Below are positions 48,401 to 60,400 of a stretch of 64,000 nucleotides of DNA, one piece after another. Under the pieces are notes generated by a model. It had not been told where the DNA came from, ran no database searches, and saw only the letters and a list, made by a program, of their open reading frames with translations. Each line of letters begins with the position of its first letter. The stretch's first letter is position 1. The stretch covers positions 5,642,001 through 5,706,000 of the forward strand of contig CATNEN010000011.1 in assembly GCA_950097015.1 (NCBI GenBank), given 5' to 3'. A program made the position numbers and the translations under genes. The DNA comes from Macrostomum hystrix. Its lineage: Eukaryota; Animalia; Platyhelminthes.

Positions 48401-51400
48401 GCTTGAAAAAACCGAGGCTACTAGCTGAAAGATCATTTTAAATAGGCAAGATGAAGATAATGAATGGCAGCGAAGGAATTTTGGCATTAGCTAGTGAGTG
48501 CAGAGGGTGGCGTGTTTTTTTCTTAATTTTTCATTTCGAGTCCCAAAATGATTGCACGGGCACATACTGATGGCAAGCGCGACCTACAAGCACACAAGCA
48601 ATAAGGACTGTGAATGGCACATTGTTCAAATATGACTGAATAAATTAAAGAAAAGAAAGACAAGTTTAGAAGAAAAAAACGGGAAATTCGCTGCTTATTC
48701 AGCCCAGAAAGAAAAGCTTGTGTTGTGACTAAACTTAAATTCTTCAACTCACCAGCGGTAGAGCGCAGTATAGTCAACCGCGGCGAAGCTGACTCCTGTG
48801 TACTCTGCGACCCCGCACTGTCGGATACCGAGGGCCTGACAGAGGATTGTTGAATGGAGAAAGACATCTCATTTGCAAATTCCATAACATTATAAACGCT
48901 TAAAAGTTAGTCAATGTGAAACTGGGTGGGAATAATAATTTTAATTATAAATGCATTGGCTTTAGATCAGGGTATTCATCAAATTTACTAAAAAACTACC
49001 AATTATAATTAGTGGACAAGTAATATAGTTAAGTTGAAATTCGAATGAAATGTCACTTTTACTTCTATGCCTTTACTTCGCGGGGCTTTTTTGTGGGGGG
49101 AGAGTTTATGAATGTACATTGCCCAATGTACATACAATGTACATTTATTTTAGAGACAAAATTTTCCTTTCCGCCAGCGGAGCCCTCAGTTTGGCCAGGC
49201 CCAGGCCAGGCCAGCGGTGCTACTAAAGCGCCCCCAGGCCCTTCCTAATTGCACTCATTTCGGATTTTTCCGTATCCGAAAGTTTTCATGTCATCAAAAA
49301 ATCCCTGTCTCATCTCACCACAGCCAATGCTATCTGCTGTCAGTCTTTAGATTTTTAAATTATATATTGCTACCGGCCCCTAATTTATCCCTGCAAACAG
49401 TAAAGCTAAGAAGAGCGATTTCTGGTCTCATTCTTTCTAGTTCCATGATACTCGGACTTGACGTCGGAGAAAATCAAGCTTATCTAATAACCTTTTCACG
49501 ATCCCAGATCGTCCGCTCACCCAGCAGTTGCGACCGTCTCAATCTTGGCCTGCCGCAGCTCCTCTTCCTCACTCTTCTCGTTCTCGTCGGTTTTCTCCAC
49601 ATTGCTCGTCGGTGTCGCCTCCAGCGCAGCCGGTTGAACAGCCGTGGCAGCATTTCCGCTGTCCAGACTGTCCAGGCTGCCTTCCGCCTCATCAGCGGTA
49701 TCGACTGCCGCATTAGCTTCCTCCTCACCAGCAGCTTCTGCGGCGGCTTTTCGCTCCCTCTCTCGCTGCTCTCGCTTCTCCTCGGCGCTGGAGATATCGG
49801 CGCCTTCCAGGCTGTCCTCCATCAGAGCAGCCGGGCGAGCCATTGGCACCGGGCCGCTCTGCTCCGTGTACACGTTTGACGCGTGCGGCAGGGGCCGAGC
49901 CCCCGCCCCAATGGACTTCGGGCTGCGTTGCAAATCGGGCATCGACACAAAGTTGCGCTCGATGTCATCTAAGCAGACCAGGCCTTCGCTGGCTCGCCGA
50001 GGATGTAGCTGATCGTCCGGCTGCGATGATGGATCGATTGTCAGCTGCTGAACTGACGACGATACGGTGGCCATCGGCAGCATAGGCCGTTGCTGTTGCT
50101 GCTTCTGTTGCACAGGTTGTGCTGCAGGTTCAGCCTCTAGCGAGTCTTCCGAGTGCGTATCCTCATTGTCGTCGTTATCTTCTGGACCAGCTCCCTGGCC
50201 AGACGGTTTCCCGCCGGGACGATCTTGACGGAACTCGACGGATCGCCTTGGTGCTGGCTCGTGCGGCATGAGAAATTCGAGGCTGACTTGCCTGTAGGGC
50301 GAAAACTCGATGGCAGTCACCTGACGGCTGCCCTCGGGCTGCACAACCTGTGGCTGTGGTTGCTTCTCCTGCGGCTTCTGCCTCTGCCGCTCCCGCAGGT
50401 GTCCCCCACTGCGTCGCTTCGATGATGCCACCGAGGACTTGCCAGGCACGGCCAGCGCTCCAGCCGGCAGGCTCCGCCGATTTCCTGGATCGAACTCGTA
50501 ACCGCCGGCAGCTTTCGCACCCTGTCTCTCAGCAGTCAGATCATCGACAGACTCCTCTGGCACACTGAGCAGACTGGAACCACCGCTCAGGCGAGCCGCT
50601 GCAGCAGACGGTGTCGAGGCGGCAACTGGCCCAGTTGTCCGGCTGACAACCGCGCCACCCAGGTAGCGACCGTCTGGCCCGAACTTTGTCTGAACTCGCC
50701 GACTGCCTCCGCGACGCAGCGGCACTGTCGTCTCCTCGACTGTCGCTTCTGCAGTGCTCGAATCAGGAGTCTGTGGCAGCTCGAGATGCGGTGCACTCTG
50801 TGCCGACCTCATGCGAACGGCGCCTTCGCTGCCGCCTCCGCTGGCTGTCCGTCTGCGAGCCAGCTCTGCCTGCGGTGGAGGCCCTGGATAGAGCCGCGAA
50901 GTAACCGCCTGGGCGCGCTTCGACGTGGCTGGACGCTTTTTTACCACCGTGGAGCTTTGCTTCGAAACCCCAGAGGCACCTTCGGCTGCTAGAGGGGTCG
51001 CGTCGCCAGCTGTGCTTTCCGCTGATTCATCAGCCTCGAGGGCCTCTGCAGACATGCCAAGGTCGTTATCTGAGCGCACCTTGGAGAGCTGACGTCCGGT
51101 TGGCTTCCGCCTCGTTGTAGATGACGATGGCAGCTGATGCTTCTTCAACACATCGTCGGTCTTGCGATCAACGTACAGCTCCAGCGCTTTGCGTCGACGC
51201 TCCAGCGCGTCTGCGCGCTCTGTTTGAGAGAGAAGCGCTGCCTGGCGCTGCTCTAGGACTTCGGCGTGTCGCCGCCTTGCCTCCTCCAGTTCAGCCTGTG
51301 GGTTTAAATTGTGTTGATGCTTGTTAAGACCTTGAAAAACTCCAGCTTCTAACAATGAGTCTCACCTGTTCGGCCTCCAGTAGCGTCTCCAACTCCGTCA

Positions 51401-54400
51401 CTTCCGCTTGCTTCGACTCAGCCGACTGTCGAAGCTCACCTTGGCCGGCGCTGCCCCTCTCACCGCCGAAGACATCTTCGCCGCCTTCTTCGCCGTCGTC
51501 CGCAATTAGCCGATGCCGGATGAAAGCCAGCGATTTCTTGCGAGCGCGCAGTCTGGCCTCCGTCTCGGATACGCGCTGCTCCTGCCGTTCAACCCGCTGG
51601 CCGGCCATTGTCTGCATCGATTCCAGGTCGCTCGAGGCTGCAGATGGTTGTTCGTAATTTGCTACGAGTGGGGATAAATCTTGAACACAGACAGACCCTG
51701 CTGTCCAGAAACTTTTTAAGAGGTCTTTAGGCGACTCACTGAGCGAGCGCTGCATCTCCAGCCGGCTGATGGTCTCCTGCAGCTGTTCCTCCTTCTGTTC
51801 CTCTGTCGATCGCATCTCGTCGTGAGCGCGGAACAGCTCCTCGACATTCTCGCCGAGAGTCTCCTTCAGCTTCACCTCCTCCATGGCGACGACCTCGAGG
51901 TCTCGCCTGTGATTGGTCAGTTACGATAATTATATTGTCTCATTGATTCAACCTTCGTAGATATACAGTAACAAAAAGTTTCAACAAGATCAGGTGAAAA
52001 TTAACATGCCGCTCACCTGGCATGAGACAAACACAGCTCGTCAGTGGAGTACTTGTTCTCGTATTCTTGTCTGAAAGTCGAATAGTTAAGCTCGATTTTC
52101 TTTAAACAAATACCAATCGATTATTTTTACTCCATTGCGCATAATGCGTAAGTCAATATAAAAACCACACCTGACTACTTATTAGCGAACGCATAAAGAA
52201 GTAGGACATCAAAGGCTTCAAACAGAAAAATTAAAAAAGAAAATCCTAAATATTAAAACAAAGTATTTGCATTAGTGCAAGCAGTATTTTCCACTCGAAC
52301 AAAGGTCCCTGAGCTCGATTCCGCATTCATTTGAGGTGCATAATTGTGTAATTAACGCCCTTGTGGGCCAACCTTCAAGGCACAGTGAGAGTGTACACTG
52401 CCTGATCACGGTTAGAATCACGGTTAGAATTATAGTAGTTTTGCTAATCTATTGGTTATATTTTTTCAAGAAAAGTTATAGTCAGGATGTTATATGATTA
52501 TTATGAGTGTTGTCTTTAACCGAAGCCGCAATAACTTTTCAAATATGTCCATTTCACTCACCCGATGTCCAAACTGCTCGTGCTCAGGCTGCCAAAAAAA
52601 TAAAAAGTAACTTTTTATATAACGCCGCATGGTTCTATTATTCTGTATCTTTTTTTAAGTCGTGCGCATCCCATAAATGTGTCCTAAGTGTTTTGTTAAA
52701 TCTCTAAGACTTAGTTTTATTTGCTGTTAACATGTTAACATGCCAGCTATTGCATGCTGGTGCTTTTAAATAAAGTGATAATAGCAGTTTGAATGATGCA
52801 ACATTAGCTGAAAAATGGTCAGTATAGCGAAATGATCTAGTCTAGTCTACATGGGATAACTGCTAGACCCACGGGTTGAGTGGCAGAGCAGTTTAACGCG
52901 TTTTCCTCTCGCCCTGAGTTCGATTCCACGGCGAGGCCACATTCATTTGGGGCTTGTCGTGCAATTTACGGCCTTGAGGGCCAACCTCCAAGTTGGCAGT
53001 GAGAGTGTGCACTGCCTGACGATGAGAAAGTCACGGCAGATGTACACACCCGTGTGAGCGTGTTTCTGCAAACGGTATCTGTGTGCGTGTGTGCTCAGGA
53101 GTCAGTGAATTGGGCAGAATTGCCTCCTCTGTAACACACTAAAAGTGGGGAACGAACCTCGCGCTGGCAGACCGAGACCGGTTTCTGGCTTGTTTGCCTT
53201 CGTCAGTCAGCCATAGCCACACGCAGTCCTCTCCCACCACTCTCAGTGTGCACAGAAGTCTCTTTTAAGCTTGCCATTTTTTATGGCGATACTTTTTAGT
53301 GTTATGTGAGAGTTTTGCAGCCAAGTCTTTGCTTTTCTACTGTTGTCAGTAGTCTGAATGGTATCTCTCACATCCTCGCTGGCTGCGGGTCTAGTGTCAA
53401 CAAACGATGCACCATTGCCAGCAGCCCTCCACAAAGACTCTTCACAAAGACTAGATGCCAAAACAATTCAATAAGTATTGAGCCATTATCTTAAGAGTAC
53501 AATTAACATGCTGTAAAAGATTGTGCTGGATAAATAGTCATTCTATATGTAGCATGCATTACTTAAAGCGTGTGCATAGTGAATTCAGAAAACATTTTAC
53601 AAAGCATTTTACTGCGACTGAGTGTGATATAAAAGTTGAGCACTATTAGCTTTTTTACCTTCCTAATGAGTTCACTGGCAATCTGTAAAATAGCATTCAT
53701 TTCACGCATTTCGGGACGCAATTCTTTTTTAAAGATTTGTCTAGCTCATATAAGAGAATTATTTTTATATAATATAAGTCGATGTTCTTATCGTCTAGCT
53801 ACTAAGAGTAGAAATGTGCGCATTTACTGTACTGAAAGCCGTGCCTCACCTGGAACTTTCGCCCAAGGCCTCGCTGCAGCAGGGCGACTGAGCTCTCTGC
53901 GAGTCCAGGTCATCGGCGGATGAGATCTGGCGGGAGATCGGCTAAAAAGGTTGGTTGGGGATTTTGAGGGTGTCAATCAAACAGGTGAGCCCAAATAGAA
54001 CAGGTGAACTCAAACAGAACATGCGAACTCAAACAGAACAGGTGAACTCAAACAGAACAGGTGAACTCAAACAGAACAGGTGAACTCAAACAGAACAGGT
54101 GAACTCAAACAGAACATGCGAACTCAAACAGAACAGGTGAACTCAAACAGAACAGGTGAACTCAAACAGAACAGGTGAACTCAAACAGAACAGGTGAACT
54201 CAAACAGAACAGGTGAACTCAAACAGAACAGGTGAACTCAAACAGAACAGGTGAACTCAAACAGAACAGGTGAACTCAAACAGAACAGGTGAACTCAAAC
54301 AGAACAGGTAAAGTCAAACAGAACAGGTGAACTCAAACAGAACAGGTGAACTCAAACAGAACAGGTGAACTCAAACAGAACAGGTGAACTCAAACAGAAC

Positions 54401-57400
54401 AGGTGAACTCAAACAGAACAGGTGAACTCAAACAGAACAGGTGAACCCAAATCAAGCAGGCGATCCAAATATTTTTATGAATTCTACAACCCTTAATTAA
54501 GATTCGCTAAAAAATTATATATTTACAATGCTACTATCAGTAGGAGAAACGAGCATCAGTAGACAAACTTTTCACCTGTTTGGGACTGTTGAAGTAGAAA
54601 ATAGCTGGCGACAGGCCGAACCGGATGCTGTCACCGGTGAATAGTTCAACCGTTTCCTCGGTAACTCGCTGCTGTTGAATCAGCACCAAGGCCTGAGAAC
54701 TGCGTTCCAGCATAACGGAGTCTCCGCTGCTAAGTAGACGGCAGTGCTCATCAAGGACGGACGCGTGAACTAGTCCTGTGGCAGTCAGTTGTGAATTGCC
54801 CCGATACAATGAGTTCGAATTCTAAATCCCCTCATTTAGACAAATGATATCATTGTATCGCTCCCGTTCAGGATCCCACACCATTCCAACTATGGATCCG
54901 ATAGTAAATACCATCTAAAGATTCCATAATAAATATCCCATCTGAAGATCCCACATCCTATCTGAAGATCCCACATCTCAACTGAAGATCCCACATCTGA
55001 ACCGAAGATCCCACATTCTAACCGAAGATCCCACGTCCCAACCGAAGATCCCGCATCCGAACCGAAGATCCCACATCCCAACCGGAGATCCCACATCCCA
55101 AATGAAGATCTCACATCTCAACTCAAGATCCCACATCTCAACCGAAGATCCCACATCCCAACCGAAGATCCCACATCCCAAATGAAGATCTCACATCTCA
55201 ACTCAAGATCCCACATCTCAACCGAAGATCCCACATCCCAACCGAAGATCCCACATCCCAAATGAAGATCTCACATCTCAACTGAAGATCCCACATCTCA
55301 ACTGAAGATCCCACATCCCATCTGAAGATCCCACATCCCATCTGAAGATCCCACATCCCAACCGAAGATCCCACATCCCATCTGAAGATCCCACATCCCA
55401 ACCGAAGATCCCACATCCCAACCGAAGATCCCACATCCCATCTGAAGATCCCACATCCCATCTGAAGATCCCACATCCCAACTGAAGATCCCACATCCCA
55501 TCTGAAGATCCCACATCCCATCTGAAGATCCCACATCTCAACCGAAGATCCCACATCCGAACCGAAGATCTCACATCTCAACTGAAGATCCCACATCCCA
55601 TCTGAAGATCCCACATCCCTTCTGAAGATCCCACATCCTATCTGAAGATCCCACATCCCATCTGAAGATCCCACATCCCATCTGAAGATCCCACATCCTA
55701 TCTGAAGATCCCACATCCCATCTGAAGATCCCACATCCCATCTGAAGATCCCACATCCCATCTGAAGATCCCACATCCTATCTGAAGATCCCACATCCCA
55801 TCTGAAGATCCCACATCCCATCTGAAGATCCCACATCCCAAATGAAGATCCCACATCCCATCTGAAGATCCCACATCCCATCTGAAGATCCCACATCCCA
55901 TCTGAAGATCCCACATCCCAAATGAAGATCCCACATCCCATCTGAAGATCCCACATCCCATCTGAAGATCCCACATCCCATCTGAAGATCCCACATCCCA
56001 TCTGAAGATCCCACATCCCATCTGAAGATCCCACATCCCAACTGAAGATCCCACATCCCAAATGAAGATCCCACATCCCATCTGAAGATCCCACATCCCA
56101 TCTGAAGATCCCACATCCGAACCGAAGATCTCACATCTCAACTGAAGATCCCACATCTCAACTGAAGATCCCACATCCCATCTGAAGATCCCACATCCCA
56201 TCTGAAGATCCCACATCCCATCTGAAGATCCCACATCCCGACTGAAGATCCCACATCCCATCTGAAGATCCCACATCCCATCTGAAGATCCCACATCCCA
56301 TCTGAAGATCCCACATCCCATCTGAAGATCCCACATCCCATCTGAAGATCCCACATCCCATCTGAAGATCCCACATCCCATCTGAAGATCCCACATCCCA
56401 AATGAAGATCCCACATCCCATCTGAAGATCCCACATCCCATCTGAAGATTTCACACCATCACGGAACTTACTCAGATGGGCATCAGTCCCGCTGCCAACA
56501 ATGGTGACCTGTCGCTCCAGAGGGAAATAGTGAATGCCCGGACTATCCGGCAGGTTAGTGCACAGCAGGTGTGGCACCTGGGCTTCGAGGACGATTCCGC
56601 CGGTGACACTCTCGCGCACAACCAGCTGCTCGGGCGAAATACAAGCGTGGGATTTTTAGAGCATAAATAGAACTTAATTAGATAAAAGCTTGCTCAATTA
56701 GCTACAGAGGATAATATGGTAAGCTAGCAAAAGGAATTTTATAAGGTTAACTTGTTTTTCACATACTAGTGATAAGAGATCCGTAGCCAGGGGTCAAGGG
56801 GTCTGCCCCCACCCCGAAAGCTGACAAAACTATGTGGCACACAACCACCTGGTTGTGGCGCCCCTGGTTGTGGCGCCCCTGGTTGTGGCGCCCCCTGGTT
56901 GTGGCGCCCCCTGGTTGTGGCGCCCCCTGGTTGTGGCGCCCCCTGGTTGTGGCGCCCCCTGGTTGTGGCGCCCCCTGGTTGTGGCGCCCCCTGGTTGTGG
57001 CGCCCCCTGGTTGTGGCGCCCCCTGGTTGTGGCGCCCCCCCCCAGAGGCGCGGTCTCCCTAGAAAAAATCCTGGCTATAGTTTGTTTCGAGGGCAAAAAT
57101 CTCAGTTTTGAATTATAAACCCGGACTTGTGTTTTGTACTTGAGTTGTTTGGAAGTTACAGAATAGGTAACGATTGTGCGAGGGACACTTCGAGGAATTC
57201 ATGACATTGATTAAAGCATCAAATTCGAGATAGACATAACATGGTTTTCAGGTAGTAAAAATTTAATCACTAAAAAGTAGGCGCAAAGTTAGCAGCCTTA
57301 CATATAGACATTGCGGTTAGGTTTAGCTGTGGTCCATTGTACAAACTCCATTATCTGTCATCTGTCGATGACTCCAACAATGATGACGATAAACTCACTC

Positions 57401-60400
57401 CATGGCCTTGATCAACCCCAATCCGGCAGCCATCTCACTCCATGGCCTTGACCAATCCCAATCCGGCAGCCATCTCACTCCATGGCCTTGACCAATCCCA
57501 ATCTGACAGCCATCTCTCCTGGCCAACCCAAATCCGACAACCACCTCACTCCATGGCCTTGATCAACCCCCAATCTGACAGCCATCTCACTCCATGGCCT
57601 TGACCAACCCCAATTTGACAGCCATCTCTCCTGGCCAACCCAAATCCGACAGCCACCTCACTCCATGGCCTTGACCAACCCAAATCTGACAGCCATCTCA
57701 GTCCATGGCCTTGACTGACCCAAATCTGACAGCCATCTCACTCCATGGCCTTGATCAACCCCCAATCCGACAGCCACCTCACTCCATGGCCTTGACCAAC
57801 CCCAATCTGACAGCCATCTCTCCTGGCCAACCCAAATCCGACAACCACCTCACTCCATGGCCTTGACCAACCCTAATCTGACAGCCACCTCACTCCATGG
57901 CCTTGACCAACCCTAATCTGACAGCCACCTCACTCCATGGCCTTGACTAACCCCAATCTGACAGCCATCTCACTCCATGGCCTTGACTGACCCAAATCTG
58001 ACAGCCATCTCACTCCATGGCCTTGATCAACCCCCAATCCGACAGCCACCTCACTCCATGGCCTTGACCAACCCCAATCTGACTTATCAAGCATTTAAAG
58101 TTTTTAATCCAGTTTTCAATCGAGCTCAAAAGTACATTGAAAGTCTAGCAATCTTTAGTATTGACAAAATTTAAGACCGTAACAGTATTATTATATAATA
58201 GCGAGGCGTCTAGGTAAACTAGAAATATGAAAGGTATAGTTAATTAGTGTCCAGTCGCTTGAGAATAAAAAATGCGCTTAGATTAAGTAAGAATAATCAA
58301 TACCTCAAAGTCTTCGAATGCGCCACGCGCCTGTTGAAAGTAATTTTGACAAATAAAATTTGAAGAAAAAAAACTGTTGAGCAGTTTTACGCTTTCCTTG
58401 AAAAATCAAACTCCTACTGAACTCACCCGATCCTGCCAGCGCCGTCGCCACTCTTGAGTCAGGATTTCGGCCTGAGGAAAATAATAACAAAATAGAAATT
58501 GTATTCAAGCTATTAAACTGACAAAACATGTCAAACAAAATGAAAGCTTGGTTTAAGTACCATCCATGGGCACTGCCAGTTGCTAAGCTGATATCATATC
58601 TCACGCTAAACCAAACCCGCATAGAAGGAATTTTGAGTCGTTTACTAATTCTGAGTACAAGCTGTAAAACACACACACACCACAAGCTGAACAACCATTA
58701 GGCAGCGATAAAGTAATAAAATATTGTTTTTGTGTCACTTTGTCGCCATTAAATAGTTTTCTTAGAATTACTGAATGCCAAGTTTTGTTTAAATGCTGTC
58801 GAATGGGACAAACGAATGCTTTGACTGCTCAATTCGTTTGAGTGAGGCAGAACTAACAATTGTTTCGAAAATAATGTGGATTATTATAACAAAGATAAGT
58901 AAAATTGTTGTTTTCTATGCTAAAGCATTAATTCTACTCTACTTTTTTGTCTCTCTGCTCGAATAGTGTGTCCACTCTCTCTCTCTCTCTCTCTCTCTGC
59001 TTTAACTGTGTGTCTACTCTACCTCTCTCTACTCTAACAGTGTGTCTACTCACCCTCTCTCTCTCTGCTCTGTGTCTACTCTACCTCTCTCTACTCTAAC
59101 AGTGTGTCTACTCACCCTCTCTCTCTCTGCTTTAACTGTGTGTCTACTCTACCTCTCTCTACTCTAACAGTGTGTCTACTCACCCTCTCTCTCTCTGCTC
59201 TGTGTCTACTCTACCTCTCTCTACTCTAACAGTGTGTCTACTCACCCTCTCTCTCTACTCTAACTGTGTGTCTACTCTCCCTCTCTCTACTCTAACAGTG
59301 TGTCTACTCACCCTCTCTCTCTACTCTAACTGTGTGTCTACTCTCCCTCTCTCTCTACTCTAACTGTGTGTCTACTCTCCTTCTCTCTACTCTAACTATG
59401 TGTCTACTCTCCCTCTCTCTACTCTAACTGTGTGTCTACTCTCCCTCTCTCTACTCTAACTATGTGTCTACTCTCCCTCTCTCTACTCTAACTGTGTGTC
59501 TACTCTCCCTCTCTCTACTCTAACTGTGTGTCTACTCTCCCTCTCTCTACTCTAACTGTGTGTCTACTCTCCCTCTCTCTACTCTAACTGTGTGTCTACT
59601 CTCCCTCTCTCTACTCTAACTGTGTGTCTACTCTCCCTCTCTCTACTCTAACTGTGTGTCTACTCTCCCTCTCTCTACTCTAACTGTGTGTCTACTCTCC
59701 CTCTCTCTACTTTAACTTCTTAGACAGGTTTTTCTTAAATTTTAAAGTTAAATTTGTTAATTATCGCACACATCAACTCACCTCTTGATTCTTCTCAGAA
59801 AGAATCACCTGCAGATTGTCCATGCTTTGCACGCGCTGAAATGGTTTTGTTTAAGAAATTAAGCATTTTTCGTGCTTTTTCTGCATTTTTCTACTTTAAG
59901 TAGTCCGAAAATATAATATATGTTATTTTTAAGAAGCGGCAAGAAAAGTCTAAGACAACAGCAACTTTTTAGAAAACTTTTTATAGCATATAGCTGCCTA
60001 TGATGAAAGGTTTTTACGAAAATTCTGATAAGCATGTAAAGCTTCCACTTATGACAAAATTTAATGTAACTGTCAGTTTTTGTTTATTTCAAGCGACAAC
60101 CTGCTATGGCAGTTTTGTTTAAATTGTGCTCGCTCAGCACAAAACCGACCCGTGGAATACCTCGAAAACAATAAAACAAAAGAGGAAAATGTTTCACGCT
60201 GCCCACTCGAGTTGAAACAGCTTTGTGTGGGCGTCAAGTTTGATAATAATTCAACAAACCAGAACGAAATATTCATATTTTTCGTAGCGAAGACAAGCAA
60301 TGAAGCACAGAGTTGTCCAATGTTTCAACTTGCACTCAAATCTCTATTGGCGAGCTCATTGTGTAGGCGTTGAATTTCAGTTCTCAGCTGGCTGATCAGC

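Noticed and set aside
53010-53045. Hammerhead ribozyme core (CTGACGA...GAAA)
   Set aside because: Only TGA separates CTGACGA from GAAA, so there is no stem II. The segment folds better as a simple CTGCC-TGAC/GTCA-GGCAG hairpin.
54890-56441. Overlapping ([20 protein letters not shown])n ORFs
   Set aside because: These are products of a 20-bp repeat cycling through frames inside the intron that splits the FHA domain.
56830-57118. [15 protein letters not shown]-type ORFs
   Set aside because: Artefacts of a 16-bp GC-rich minisatellite.
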